Source: Hypanus sabinus (lineage: Eukaryota). Taken from it: a DNA stretch of 64,000 nt. The notes under the pieces were generated by a model. That model ran no database searches, was not told the origin of the DNA, and was given only the letters and a program-made list of their open reading frames with translations. Made by a program: the position numbers and the translations under genes. How positions within the stretch are numbered: the stretch's first letter is position 1; every line of letters starts with the position of its first letter. Shown here piece after piece: positions 46,380 through 58,535 of this stretch. Location of the stretch: the NCBI RefSeq assembly GCF_030144855.1, contig NC_082709.1, positions 140,306,001-140,370,000 on the forward strand. Reading direction: 5' to 3'.

Positions 46380-48555
46380 GTCAGGGCGGGTGACTGAAGT
46401 AAGTATAGGCGAATGCTTTGGATCTTGTGATCATAATGACATTAATTTCAGGATAATGGTACAGAAGGATAGGACTAGCCCTTGGTTTGAGATTTTAAAC
46501 TGGAGAAAAGCCAATTTTGATGCCATCGGAAAGGATTTGGCAAGTGTGGATTGGGTTAGATTGTCTTCTGTCAAAGGGATCTTTGGTAAAAGGGGGACCT
46601 TCAAAAGTGAAATATTGAGAGTACAGAGTTTGTATGTTCTTTGTAAGAATGAAAGACAAGTCTAACAGGTTTAGGGAACCTTGGTTTCAAAGGATATTGA
46701 GGCCCTGCTTAAGAAGAAGGAGAAGTTGTTGCATACCAAGTATAAGCAGCAAGGGACAAATGAGATGCTTGAAAAGAATAAGGGGGCTGAAAGAAGGCAT
46801 TAGCTTGCTCTGACAGACCATGTGAAGGAGAATCCCAAGGGCTTTTACAGATATATTAAGATCAAAAGGATAGCAACAGACCAAATTAATCCACTTAAGA
46901 TCGGTGAGGTAATTTATACAAAAGAGATTAAGGGTGTGTTAGATCTTAAGTAGAGTTTTTGATTATTTATTCTCTCTGGAGATGGATGCAGAGATTATAG
47001 AACTGAGACAAAACATTAGTGAATTCATAGACTGTATCTGAATTACAGAGAAGGACGTGCTTGCTGCCTTGAGGAAAATTGTGCTAGATAATTCCCAGGG
47101 CCTGATAAGGTGTCCTCTTGGTCCATATGCGAGGCCAGTGCAGAAATTGCAGAGACCCTGCCAGAGGTAGTTAAAGCATCCTTAGCCACAGGTGAGGGGC
47201 TGGAGGATAGCTAATGTTGTTCCATTGTTCAAGAAAGGCTCTTGGAATAAGCCAGGAAATTATAGGCTAATGAACCTGACCTGAATAGTGGGTGAATTAT
47301 AGGAAGGTATTGTAAGAGAATGGATATACGTGTGAGTATTTGGATAGCCAGGGCCTTTGACAAGGTCTGGCATAGAAGGCTGGTCCAGAAGTATCAGTTG
47401 CTTGGCATTAGACCATAAGGGTATTAGATGTGAGAATACAATTAGGCCATTCAGTCCATCGAGTCTGCTCTAGCATTTCAACATGGCTGATCCCAGATCC
47501 CATTCAACCCCATACACCTGCCCTCTCACTATATCCCTTGATGCCCTGACCAATCAGGAATCTATCAGCTTCTGCTTTAAATATACCCAAGAATTGGCCT
47601 CAACTGCAGTCTGTGGCAGAGCATTCCACAGACTCGCCACTCTCTGGCTGAAAAAATCCCTCCTTTCAGGATGAAATAGTAAATTGGATTCAAGGTTGAC
47701 TTTGCAGAAGAAGCCAGGGTAGATGGTTACCTCTCTGACTGGAGGTCTGTTACTGGCGGTGTGCTGTAGAGATTAATGCTGGGTCCGTTGTTCTTTGTCA
47801 TCTAAATGATCTGGATGATAAAGTGGCAAACTGGATCAGCAAATCTGTGGATAACATTAAGAATGTGAGCATAGTGGACAGTAAAGAAGGTTATCAAAGC
47901 CTACAGTGGGATGTATAAAAGCTGGAAAAAAATGGGCTGAAAATGGCAGATGAAATTAATGCAGACAAGTGTGAGGTGTTGCATGTTGGGGTGGTCAAGT
48001 AGGGTTGGATATACACAGTAGGGCACTGAGGAGTGTGGTAGGAAAAAAGGATCTGAGAATTCAAATGTTGAAAGTAGTGTCACATGTAAATAGGGTCGTA
48101 AAGAGAGCTTTTGGCATGCTGGCTTTAATAAATGAAAGTACTGAATACAGGAGTTGGTATGTTATGTTTAAGTTGCATGAGATGTTGTTGAGGCCAAATT
48201 TGGAGTACTGTATGAAGTTCAGGTCACTTACCAACAGGAAAGATATCAATAAGATTGAAAGAGAACAAAAAAACATATTACGAGGATGCTACGGTGACTT
48301 GATGATCTGAGTTACGGGTACAGGTTGAGTAGGTTAGTACTTTCTCCGGGCCTGTAGGAAAATAAGGGAAGGTATGAAAGAGCTATACAAAATTATGAGA
48401 TTCATAGATATGGTAAGTGAAAGCAGGCTTTTTTCCACGGAAGTTAGGCAAGACTAGAAGTAGAGGTTATATGTTAAGGCTGAAAGGCGAAATATTTAAG
48501 GGAACTTGAGGGAGATGTTCTTCACTCAGAGTGGGGGGGGGGGGAGAGAGAGAGA

Positions 48556-48602
<47 letters not shown>

Positions 48603-48790
48603 GAGCTTCTAGCAGAAGTAGTGGATTTCAACATTTAATAGTAGTTTGGATAAGCATATGGATAGGAGGGGTACAGAGGGCTATGGTCCAGGTGCAGGTT
48701 GTGGGAACTAGGCAGAATGACAGTTTGGCACAGGGTTGATGGGCCAAATGGCCTGTTTCTGTACTTTAGTGCTCTGTGACTCTATGACTA
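46380..48790 (+). mobile_element. Fragmented CR1 LINE with nested CR1 tail (~47410-47670)
   Basis: GECFGSCDHNDINF APE end; LRPNLEYCMKF; 3' tail. Confidence 0.85.
48531..48598. repeat. Compound G-run / (GA)n / (GT)n microsatellite
   Basis: Seen directly. Confidence 0.95.
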
Positions 48791-49989
48791 AGCTATGGAA
48801 ATCCTTAATTGGATTAGTACAGAGGTAGTGTGAGCAATTCTGGGTGCCACACCTTGAAAATAATGTATTGACCTTTAGTAGAATGCACCATAAGTTTACC
48901 GAAATCATACATGAACAAGAAATTCACTAGAATTTACACAAACGATGTTGTGTTATCTAAAACTTAGAAAGTTAAGCTATGATTTGATCAAAACTTCCAT
49001 GCTAATAATGGGAATTCATGGGGAAAATAGAGTGCAGCTACACGTGGCATGTTCTAAACAATTAGGGGTCCTTTCAGAAGTGAAGTTAGGAAATGCATCC
49101 ATACGCAAAGATATTGTGATATCATTTTATAAAAATCATGCGTTCTTTGGTTTATTTTAAGTTATAAGCCAATAGATAAACATGGTCATCCGTTTAAATG
49201 CCAGAAAAGCTCGGGAGGCTACTGATGTTCCCATGTCGCTTAGTTCAGTGCTCTGGTTGAAGTCTCCTGAATAAAGGGAACTTCACCTGGAAGTGTAGGC
49301 AGTGGAAGAAGTTCTCAGTATCATGTTGAGCTTGAAATGATTGCAATATAGAAATGGGTGGTTGAAGCTGAGGCCTTTGCTGAGGATGGACTATTCAAGG
49401 TCTCAAAGGAGAAGCTGAAGATCTGAAGAAAAGATGTAAGGCAGCATCTACTGAAGAAATGGAAGGACCAGGAGCTTGAACTTCATTCAAGAGTCATTTT
49501 CTTGACTTTTATTTGGTTTTACTCTCGTGTAAGCTCCTTAGACTAAAACTGAAACTCTGATTTTTGTCTTTGCTACCTGACCTGCTGAGAATCTGCATCA
49601 TCATTTAACCTCATTTTAGATTCAGAGCATCTGCAGTATCTTGTTTCAGCTGCTTGAAACCCCAGAATCATATGGCAAGCATGGAGCTTGCTTCCCCGCG
49701 CTGTCTGAAAAGTATGACATGTTCTTCAGCTGAAGCGTTGGTTTTAAAAGTATTCTATGAAGAGCAGATGTGTCAAGCAGCAATCTTCTTAGAGGTTCTA
49801 GGTGGATGTATCATTTTGTCATTTATTGGTAGACACAAAATTTCATCTCAACCAACTGCGTACATGGTTATTATCATGCTTTGTCTCCAAGAAGTTTCCT
49901 TAACTATCAAAATCACACAGTTGCTGTCTGAGGCTTTGGAAGCTGTCCAATAAATACAACACTTTGACTCACTTTCATCAATACCAGGG

Positions 49990-50368
49990 CAGATGGAACT
50001 TAGCAGCCGTGCCTGACAGCTTATCTACGAGAAGGGAAACTCTGATCTCAAACCTCTGCTGCCTTCCAGGTATAACCCCTGATGGGGAAGGTTTTGGGAA
50101 TAAACTCCAAGAAAATTTCGGAGCTGGGATCTCTAATGCAACCCTATGCTGTGTTCAATATTGACTGGCAACTCTGGCAGTGCTATTCCTGTTATCAAAC
50201 CGTATTAGTCTCTGCCGTTCCTGTAAGTTCAACAGCCACTTGGAGAGAGGGGGCCTGCTGCATGAACAACAGCTTGTTCTCCATATTGTACTGTCCTGGC
50301 TTGCTTATCAACTATGTTGATAGCTAGGATGCGACATCCATGGTCATTCTCAACCAGTGGAGGCCCTC
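49990..50368 (+). repeat. Unclassified interspersed repeat (copy 1 of 3)
   Basis: Homologous to 53765-54317 (-) and 58255-58535 (+). Confidence 0.75.
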
Positions 50369-50504
50369 ACATCAGTGAAGGAAATAGAAATTCATCTTGA
50401 AGAATAACCCAACTGCCCTGGGCATTTGCAAACTTTGGGTATCAGCCTCTATAATCTTTGAAAGATCTTGCAGAAAAGCAATATTTCAGGCATATCCTTT
50501 ATGA

Positions 50505-51300
50505 CAAATGCACAGGGTCAAGTAAAGTAAGAGCAGTAGGTCATTCAGCCTTTCTGTGCCTTCTCCACCATTCCATACAAACTCAGCTGATCATTATCTT
50601 AATATCAGATTCCCGCTCTCTCCCAATACCTTTAATGCCTTTTGCATTAAGAATTTTCTTTCTCTACTAAAATATATTTATGACTTTTCCTGTATAGCCC
50701 TTCATGCTGGTGGATTCCACAGGTTCATCATCTTCTGAGTGAAGAAATGTTTCCTCATCTCAGTTTCAAGTGCCTCACCCCTTATGCTGAGACTGGAACT
50801 CCGTACAGCCCACAGCCAAGAACACATTCTTGCTTGCAGTCTATTTTGCCTTGTCAGATTTCTTATTATTCTGCTGAACTACCATGGATACAAACATAGT
50901 TCACCTAATATCTCCTCATTACATTAACCTTCACTGCACTCCCTCTGTGGCAAGTGTATCGTTTCTTAGTTGAGGAAACCCAAAACTGTACACAAGGTTC
51001 TAAGCGCAGTTTCACCAAGGTCTTGTATAATTGTATCAGGGCATCCTTGTTCCTGTATTCTATCCTCTTGCTTTCAAGGCTAAAATACTTTGCAGTCTTA
51101 AATACTTGCTGCATTTAGTTGATACTTTCTGTAATTGGTGTACAAGGATACCTAAGTTTCTTTCTACCTCGACACCTCCCAATCTAAAACCATTTAACAT
51201 GTCTTTCTGTTTTCTTGCTGAATGGAAAACATGTCCATATTATACCACACCTAGTAAGATACTGTCCACTCGCTCCATCAACTTCAGCTGCCCTGAAGCC
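50505..51300 (-). mobile_element. CR1 3' fragment
   Basis: LYKTLVKLRLEPCVQFWVS motif and tail. Confidence 0.8.
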
Positions 51301-52771
51301 TCTTTGCATCCTCCCAGCAACGTGGTTCAGTTTCACCAGCTTACTCTGAAATGTTATGTTTGGTTTCTCACCCAATATGTTAATATACATGGCGCCTGGC
51401 ATTCTGAAGTCCCACTTATTACGAGGAAGGGTACTTTATTTGTAACATTAACTGGCGTCTCTTTCTACAGATTTTGCTTGACTGGCTATGATCTTCCAGC
51501 ATTTCTATTTTTGTTTCAGATTACAGCATTCACCAGTTTATTTGCTTTCCATCCATTTATTCCTGTTCTGTTTCCTGTATACTTATTTGTACCAATACAA
51601 TGTTCCCAGTACATATTAAACGCTTTTTAAGGACCAGATGCATCACATCCACTGATTTTCCCCTTATCAATCCTAACAGCTACATTCTCAAAACCTCCAG
51701 TGGGTTTGTCAAACATAATTGACCTTCCAAAAATATGTGTTGACTGTAATCCCATTCATATTTTCCAAGTATTCTGATATCCGTTTCTTTTTAATTGTAT
51801 CTATCATTTCCCTCATAACTAATGTTAGGCTAAGCTGTCTGCACGTTCATGCTTCACCTCTTTGTTTTTTTACCAATATTCATTTCCTTCTTTGGTCATA
51901 CCTCAGAATCAAGGACAACTTGCTTCTGCTTCATCTTTATAGATTCCAGCATGACAAATGTGTGGGAACCAGCAACTCCTACAGTTGGAGCAGGAGGTAG
52001 CTTATGGGATGGTCAAGCAGTCATTGGGATCAGAAGGTCACACAGCATTTGAGGGGGAGAGAAAGAAACACATTTAATGTTTCAGGTCACAGACCTTGAA
52101 GTCAGAACAGCAAGGGAGAGAAAGTATATATTAAATTATGGGATGGAGTAGGGGAGGGCTTATTGGATAGGACAACAAATTTTACAACTTGTGTCACTGA
52201 CAATAAATCTGATTCTGACAAAGATTATATCTCTGAAAGGGTGATGCGCTATTGATCAACTGGAAACTACATAATCGAGTTGATGAGTTAATGGAAACTT
52301 TAGGGAGAGAAATAACATGGTCCTTTTCTCAATAAAATTATGAAATGTTGACAGTAAAGAGAGTGAGACACAGACAAAGGAAGATAAATGTCAAAAACTG
52401 AAGGGCTGCAGAATATACTTGCCAGATCAGATTGTACTGAGAGAGAAAAACTGATTCCATATCACAGATGGATAGATGACCCATTAATTTCAACTCCCTC
52501 TGGTTTTGAAACTCAACTCTTGAATTTCAAAATCACTCTACATATTTCTCCACTCTTCACTTGCCTCTGATTCCATATCTCCTGCCAGTTCAATTTTATG
52601 CTGTTTACATCATCCCTTCTGAACTTGTCCTCTTTTTTTCCCTAATGGTCAATCATGAGCAAAAATGCTAGTTAAACATCCTTCTTTCCATTAGACTAAT
52701 TAATTGCAATTTCAACAGAGAGCACCAAATTTCAACATAAAACCAGCTGCAATTTCTTGAAATTCCTTTGA

Positions 52772-53020
52772 TCCTTACATACTGTTTGGGTCAAATTTGA
52801 CCCATTTTGACATTTGACAGTGGTGAAAACACCCTAAATGCCATTTTTTAAAGCTGAAATATGATGACTTTTCCTAAAGTGACACAAAATGTGCAAAAAT
52901 GAAAATATTTTAAAATTTTGCACAGGTGCTACAAATTTTTGTACTTTGAGGCTGTACTGGGTCAAATTTGACCCATATCTATTAAAATGGATTTTAAATC
53001 TCTGAAACATTAATTAAGGA
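52772..53020. mobile_element. piggyBac-like MITE
   Basis: TTGA|TCCTT ... AAGGA|TTAA ends; two perfect GGGTCAAATTTGACCC palindromes (52788-52803, 52959-52974). Confidence 0.65.
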
Positions 53021-53377
53021 TTAATCACCCATTTATTAATGTCAGATAGGCTATTTACACATTCTAAATAGATTTGTGGTTCAAAATTTGGTATAGACAT
53101 TTGTTATGAGGGAATTCTTGGGCCAGGTCTAAACGGACCCAGACCTTACTGTGAAGGTATAGAATATGACCAGTATGTAAGGGTAGAGAAGTTTCAAATT
53201 GCCAGGAAAATGTCAGAGGAAACGAACATGCTCTGTGTGTTTCAGAAAAAGAATAGCATTTCACAGTCTTCCAGACTTAACAGTAATCTGAATCCAAACT
53301 TACTAATTCTGCAAATGAAAATAAAAAGGTTAATCTGGTATTTTCAATTAATTAATACTTCTTTTTTTGCTTTTCAG

Positions 53378-53454
53378 CACGTGCATCACAATTTAGATCA
53401 GAACATTATTTTTGGATTATTTTAGGACCACTGGCAATTTTAATTGTTTTTTAA
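53378..53454 (+). CDS. CD200-like: Exon 4, membrane-anchor exon of CD200-like gene (in-frame TAA at 53452-53454 as assembled; exon runs to donor at 53498)
   Basis: Acceptor ctttttttgcttttcag. The phase-1 reading gives (A)RASQFRSEHYFWIILGPLAILIVF*. Strong donor AG|gtaagg at 53498/53499. Confidence 0.8.
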
Positions 53455-53764
53455 TTTTCTGTTTCCACTGGAATAAGAACACAAGATGCTAAAAAAAGGT
53501 AAGGAAATTATTTTTTTTTTGCACAGAATTACAAATTTAATGCCGACTGCTAAAGGGAGACATTTTTAGTATGTTTTTGACAGGTTCTTTTCCCATCATA
53601 TTTCAGTTGAAAAAAGTTTGTGTAACAGCTCACTGGAAGTTGAATTATTGATGACAGTGTGGCAAGGTCCAATTATTGATGATAGTGTGGCTAGTAAAAA
53701 TTCAGATAGTGAAATAATACAAGGAAGTAAAAAAAAGTGAACTCAAGTCAAACTGGAGGAGGTA

Positions 53765-54317
53765 TTCTGTTGGTTGGGGTCGACCATGGACGTTGTGTCC
53801 TTGCTGTATATGCAAGCCAGGGCAGTACGATATGGAGAGCAAACTGTTGCCCGTGAAACCAAAGGAGCAGCAGAGATCAATACAATTTGGCACCAGTAGT
53901 GTTGACAGGAGTTGCCAGTCAACATTGAACTCAATGCAGGGCTGTCTTAAGTACTACAGCTGTGGAATTTTCCTCGGGGTTTATGCCTGACACTTTCCCC
54001 ATGAGTGGCTATAGGTGCAAGGCGGTGGAAGTTTGAGATCAGAGTTTTCCTTTTCTTAGATGATCTGCCATTCCTAGCTGATGAGAGCCATCTGCCCGGA
54101 GCAACTGGTTTTAAGGCACCAGTAACCCACCTTTGCCTCATCTCCTGTCAGTAGAAATAGTTCTGCTGGGCTTTGAAGCTAAACCACATGTGAAGGCCAG
54201 AAGATAGATTTGGTTGTCAGGGACTACTTGAGAAGCATGCCATTGGGTTATTTTAATAGTTAGTGGGAGCTCTTCACCACTACATCTTCCCCTAGCTGTA
54301 CCAACCTTAAGGAACCA
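53765..54317 (-). repeat. Unclassified interspersed repeat (copy 2 of 3, longest)
   Basis: Reverse-complement homolog of 49990-50368 and 58255-58535. Confidence 0.75.
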
Positions 54318-54329
54318 CAAGGCAAATTA

Positions 54330-55625
54330 GGTGAGGCAAAATAAGACAGGCTCAACGAGAGTCTGCTTTGCCATTCCATCATGGCTGATTAATTTTCACT
54401 CTCAGTCCCATTCTCCTGCCTTCTTCCTTTACTAATTGAGAACCTATCAACCTCTGTTTTAAGTACACCCAGTAACTTTGCTTCCATAGCCATCTGAGGC
54501 AATAAATACCATAGATTCAGAACCCTTTTTGCTAAAGGAATTCCTTCTTATCTCTATACAAAAGGGACAATTTTCTATTGTAAGGCTGTGTCCTCTGAAT
54601 CTAAGGTCTCCCACTATTGGAACATCATCTTGACATCCACTCTGTATACTACTTTAAATATTTGGTGGATTTCAATGAGATCCCTTCCATGTTTCTCAGT
54701 TCTTTTGTGTTATTTTGAGTACAGGCCTACAAATGTTTCTTCTATGTTAACCCTTTCACACCAGAGATTATTCTTCTAAACTTTCTCTGGACTCTCTCCA
54801 ACACCAGCACACACTTTCTTAGATAGGGGGCCCAAAACTGCTCACTATACTTCAGATGTGGTCTGACCAATGCCTTATAGAGTCTCAGCATTACATCCTT
54901 GATTTTATATACTAGTTTTCTCACAATTATATTGCATTTGCCTTTCTTACTACCAATTCAATCTGCAAGATAAAATTTAGTTAATCTTGCATGAGGACTC
55001 CCAAGTCGCTTCACACCTCTGATTTCTGATTTCACTCCTCATTTCAAAATAGTCTCTGCTTTTATTATTTCTACCAAAGCACATGACATAAATATTCCAA
55101 CAATGTATTCTATCTGGCACTTCTTTGCCCAATCTCCTAATCTGTTCAAATCCTTTTGCAGACTCCTGCTTCCACAACACAGCCCACCCCTCCTATCTGT
55201 GTACATCTGCAAACTTGGCCACAATGCCAACAGTTCCATCACCTAGATCATTAACATATAATGTGAGAAGTAGAAAACCGAATACTGAGCCCCTACAGAA
55301 CACCATTAGTAACTGGCAGCCAATTAGAAAACAGCCCCCTTATTCTCAGTCTTTGCCTTCTGCAAGAGAACTAATATTCTGTCCATGCTAGTGTCTTTCC
55401 TGTAATACCATGAGTTCTTATCTTGTTTAGCAGCCTTGTAACATTGCGCTTTTACATCACGTTTCTATCTCCCTGTGTAACTTGTACACCCTGGCTACTG
55501 TTCGGAAGCCTGTTTATAACTCCCGTCAGGGTAATTTTACCCTTGCAGTTTCTTAACTCTTCCCACATGGATTCTACATCTTCTGGTCTTCTGCCACTTC
55601 TTTCTAATGATTTGAATTTTTCTTA
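54330..55625 (-). mobile_element. Fragmented CR1 LINE
   Basis: LRLYKALVRPHLKYSEQFWAPYL and LQKDLNRLGDWAKK. Confidence 0.88.
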
Positions 55626-55759
55626 ACCAACAATTGTTGATGTGTACTGCTTCTTTGAATGCTATTGTTGACATTTTGGGTCAAATCTTGTATCAGTATC
55701 TGACACAGTGTTTCAACTGAAGCGCAGACTGATTAATTGTCAGTGTTAAACGGAGGTGG

Positions 55760-56345
55760 AAACTGGGACTCCAGTGTGTTGAAAGTTCAGGTTCCTGTTC
55801 AAGTGGTCATATCAACTGTATACGTGTCTACCACCAAACGAAACAATGTTCCTCCAGATCAAGGTGCACAACACAGTACATATAACTCACACACAACACA
55901 TGAAGTAATATTACCACAGATGAATTAACAAATAACAAGGTACATTTATGACACAAATTAAAAGATAAACAGTATAACACGACTGGTGCTTTGTACAGTT
56001 TGTGCTGAGACCTGAGTGGCGGCAGGGTGTTCAGTAGTCCTACGTCTTGGGGGAAATTTTCGTTTGTCATCCTAACAATGCTTGTCCTAATGCTATACCT
56101 CCCGCCTGATGGTAGGGGGTCAATGAGATTGATGAATGGGAGGGATCATTAACAATGCTAAGTGCCCTGCGTACACAAGCACTCCTGGTAAATACCTCAG
56201 ATGGGTGGAAAAGAGATCCTAATGATCCTCTCAACAGTCATTGCAGTCCTTTGTAGAGTCTTGCAGTGAGATGCCTTGCAGTTTCCATCACAGATGATGA
56301 TGCAGCTGGTCAGCCCACTCTCAATGGTGCTACTGTAAAAATTGA
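55760..56345 (-). mobile_element. Rex1/Babar 3' end
   Basis: Degenerate match to 35498-35815 plus 3' UTR. Confidence 0.7.
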
Positions 56346-57770
56346 TTGGAGGGGTGGTTTAGGGTGCAGGTAAGATCATCTGTTAGAAACTTGCTGCTGT
56401 TAACTCTCTCCACAGAAAAGCCTGCACCTTCCAAAATCCAGAAGCATCTCTTTTGTGTGACATGCATTACTCAGTGAGCTAGATGCTGAACTATTTGGAT
56501 TTCTGACCAGTCAGAGAGTTAATTATTGAAGTTTTATTGCATGGTCGCTAATATCTGGCTGCAGATCAGACACCAGGAAGTTGCATCATTACTCTGAATT
56601 AATGTCTACTTTCACTGAGATCTATATAAGATAAGGCATGTCATCAGTCTTCACATGGAAATCTGACTCTTCCAACTTTGACTATTGTTGTGGTCTTTTT
56701 CTGTCACTTTTCCTAGTAGAGACTGCCATGATTGATGGGGGAGAATGTTTCAGAGCTCACCCAAAATTTTCATCATTTTTAACCAATACGTTCTTTTCTT
56801 CTGGGTGGCTTTCTTGATGCTTTAACAACTTTGATTAGGGGAAGTGAGTACAAGTGAAAATTAAATTACTTCTGAATTAATTTGCATATTCCAAAGGAAT
56901 TAATAATGATAACCTAACATGCAAAACCAATAGACTTCTGAATAAACACACTTGGAAGTAATTGAAAAAGCACCTTTTTTTGGTGCTGTGATAAATTGCA
57001 GAAGGAGCAGAAATAAATTTGAATCTAACAAGTTAACTGCAATTGCATTTCTTGTACAATTCTGTTGGTTATCCTAACTTAAAAGAACAATCCTAATGGC
57101 CAAGCATGATACCTCTATTATACTAGAGCCATGAAATGAGAAAAGAAATTATATGGATAGTTGGAAATGAATACTCTATTTCGCAGATACTGATTATTTT
57201 TTGTTAAGAGGTCTAAAACTCACACAAACAACAGAAAGGAACATTTGGAGAGAAAATCTAACTGGTATATAGTCTGAGAAATTCAGTGCACACCTCTTTA
57301 GAAAGCCCCAGTACAGAAGTCCCAACAAGTTGAATGCACAATTGCCTGCCTGTCTGAAGCTAATTTAGGTTGATAGATATATTGATGGAAATTCTGTAAA
57401 ATCACTTAAGAAACTCAGAAAGGGGAATAACTAGGGGCTTGGGCCTATTTTGATTGTTAAAGTTATTTGGAGTTTAACATGAGCTCATGCACTTCCATAG
57501 GAAGAATTGAATAGCAGATTATTATCTAACCCAGAGAGAGATTCTGCATATGTTGTGTTCCTATTGATTCTTATGGAGATAGTTTTAAGTATTTTTCAGC
57601 ACCAGATTTTGTCTTTGTTTCTGGTGCCACATTCTCTTCGGAATTGCATCTGCTGTTATCAGAATGTAATGGGATTTGGATGAAAATTTGAAAAACTGTA
57701 AATTTTGGAAGTATAAAATAAAACCGTGAATGCTGGAAGTACTCATTAGAACAGGTTACGCCCATTGTAA

Positions 57771-57797
57771 GAGTTTCAGGTTAGGAACCTTCATCAG
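57771..57797 (-). ncRNA. Hammerhead-like core remnant (Penelope derived)
   Basis: CUGAUGA-AGGU UCCUA ACCU-GAAAC-UC: perfect 4-bp stem II, but stem I is not recoverable. Confidence 0.4.
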
Positions 57798-58254
57798 AGC
57801 TGAGAAAAAGTTAACATAAACTTATTAAGCTGCAGGGAGAAAAAGATGAAAAGAGTTGATAAGGAATAAAACCATAGAGTCCAGGGCAATAAACTATAAA
57901 GTTAGGTTATCTAGAAAATGAGTAAATGTATGCAGTTGAAAGTGAGAACCGAGATGAATGATTGTGAAAGTTTCAAAATGCAGAGCAGATCAGGCTGGGC
58001 ATGTCCTCAATAAATACAAGATAAGAAATAAAGAAAAGATTAAAAAAATAAACAAACTGAGCCACTATCAGAGATGGATAAGTGACATGGATATAAATAT
58101 AAAGTTATCTGAAGAGGTAGAATTAATATAGAGTCCAGAAGGCTGCAGTATACCTAGGTGGAAGATGAAGAGATATCTCTCAAGCATGGTATTGGGCTTC
58201 ATTGCAACAGTAGATTTCACTGACTGTATCAGTTCTCCACTTTCATTGCCTTGC

Positions 58255-58535
58255 AGCTATACCTACTCATGGAGAAGGCTTTGGAAGTAAACCCTGTAGA
58301 AAAATACAGAGCTGGAGTCCCTGAGGCAGTCCTACATTGAGTTCAACGCTGACTGTTAACTCCTGTATTGGTCTCTTCTGTCCCTTTGGATGCATCAGCT
58401 GCATTGGTGGGGGGGGGGGGGGGGGGAGCTTGGTACATGAGCAACATCTTGCTCTTCATATTGTGCTGCCCTGGCTTGCATATCATGCGGACAGCTGGGG
58501 TGCAACATCCATGGTTGACCCCAACCAACGGTGGA
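58255..58535 (+). repeat. Unclassified interspersed repeat (copy 3 of 3)
   Basis: Homologous to copies 1 and 2; contains a long G run. Confidence 0.75.

Noticed and set aside
51520-51722. Possible alternative anchor exon after tttgtttcag (DYSIHQFICFPSIYSCSVSCILIC…) within ORF 51031-51630
   Set aside because: The acceptor resembles the common PLE tail sequence, there is no convincing TM helix, and the long ORF is mostly antisense CR1.
56880-56887. Octamer motif ATTTGCAT in unique AT-rich DNA
   Set aside because: A single 8-mer in AT-rich sequence is not distinguishable from chance without conservation data.
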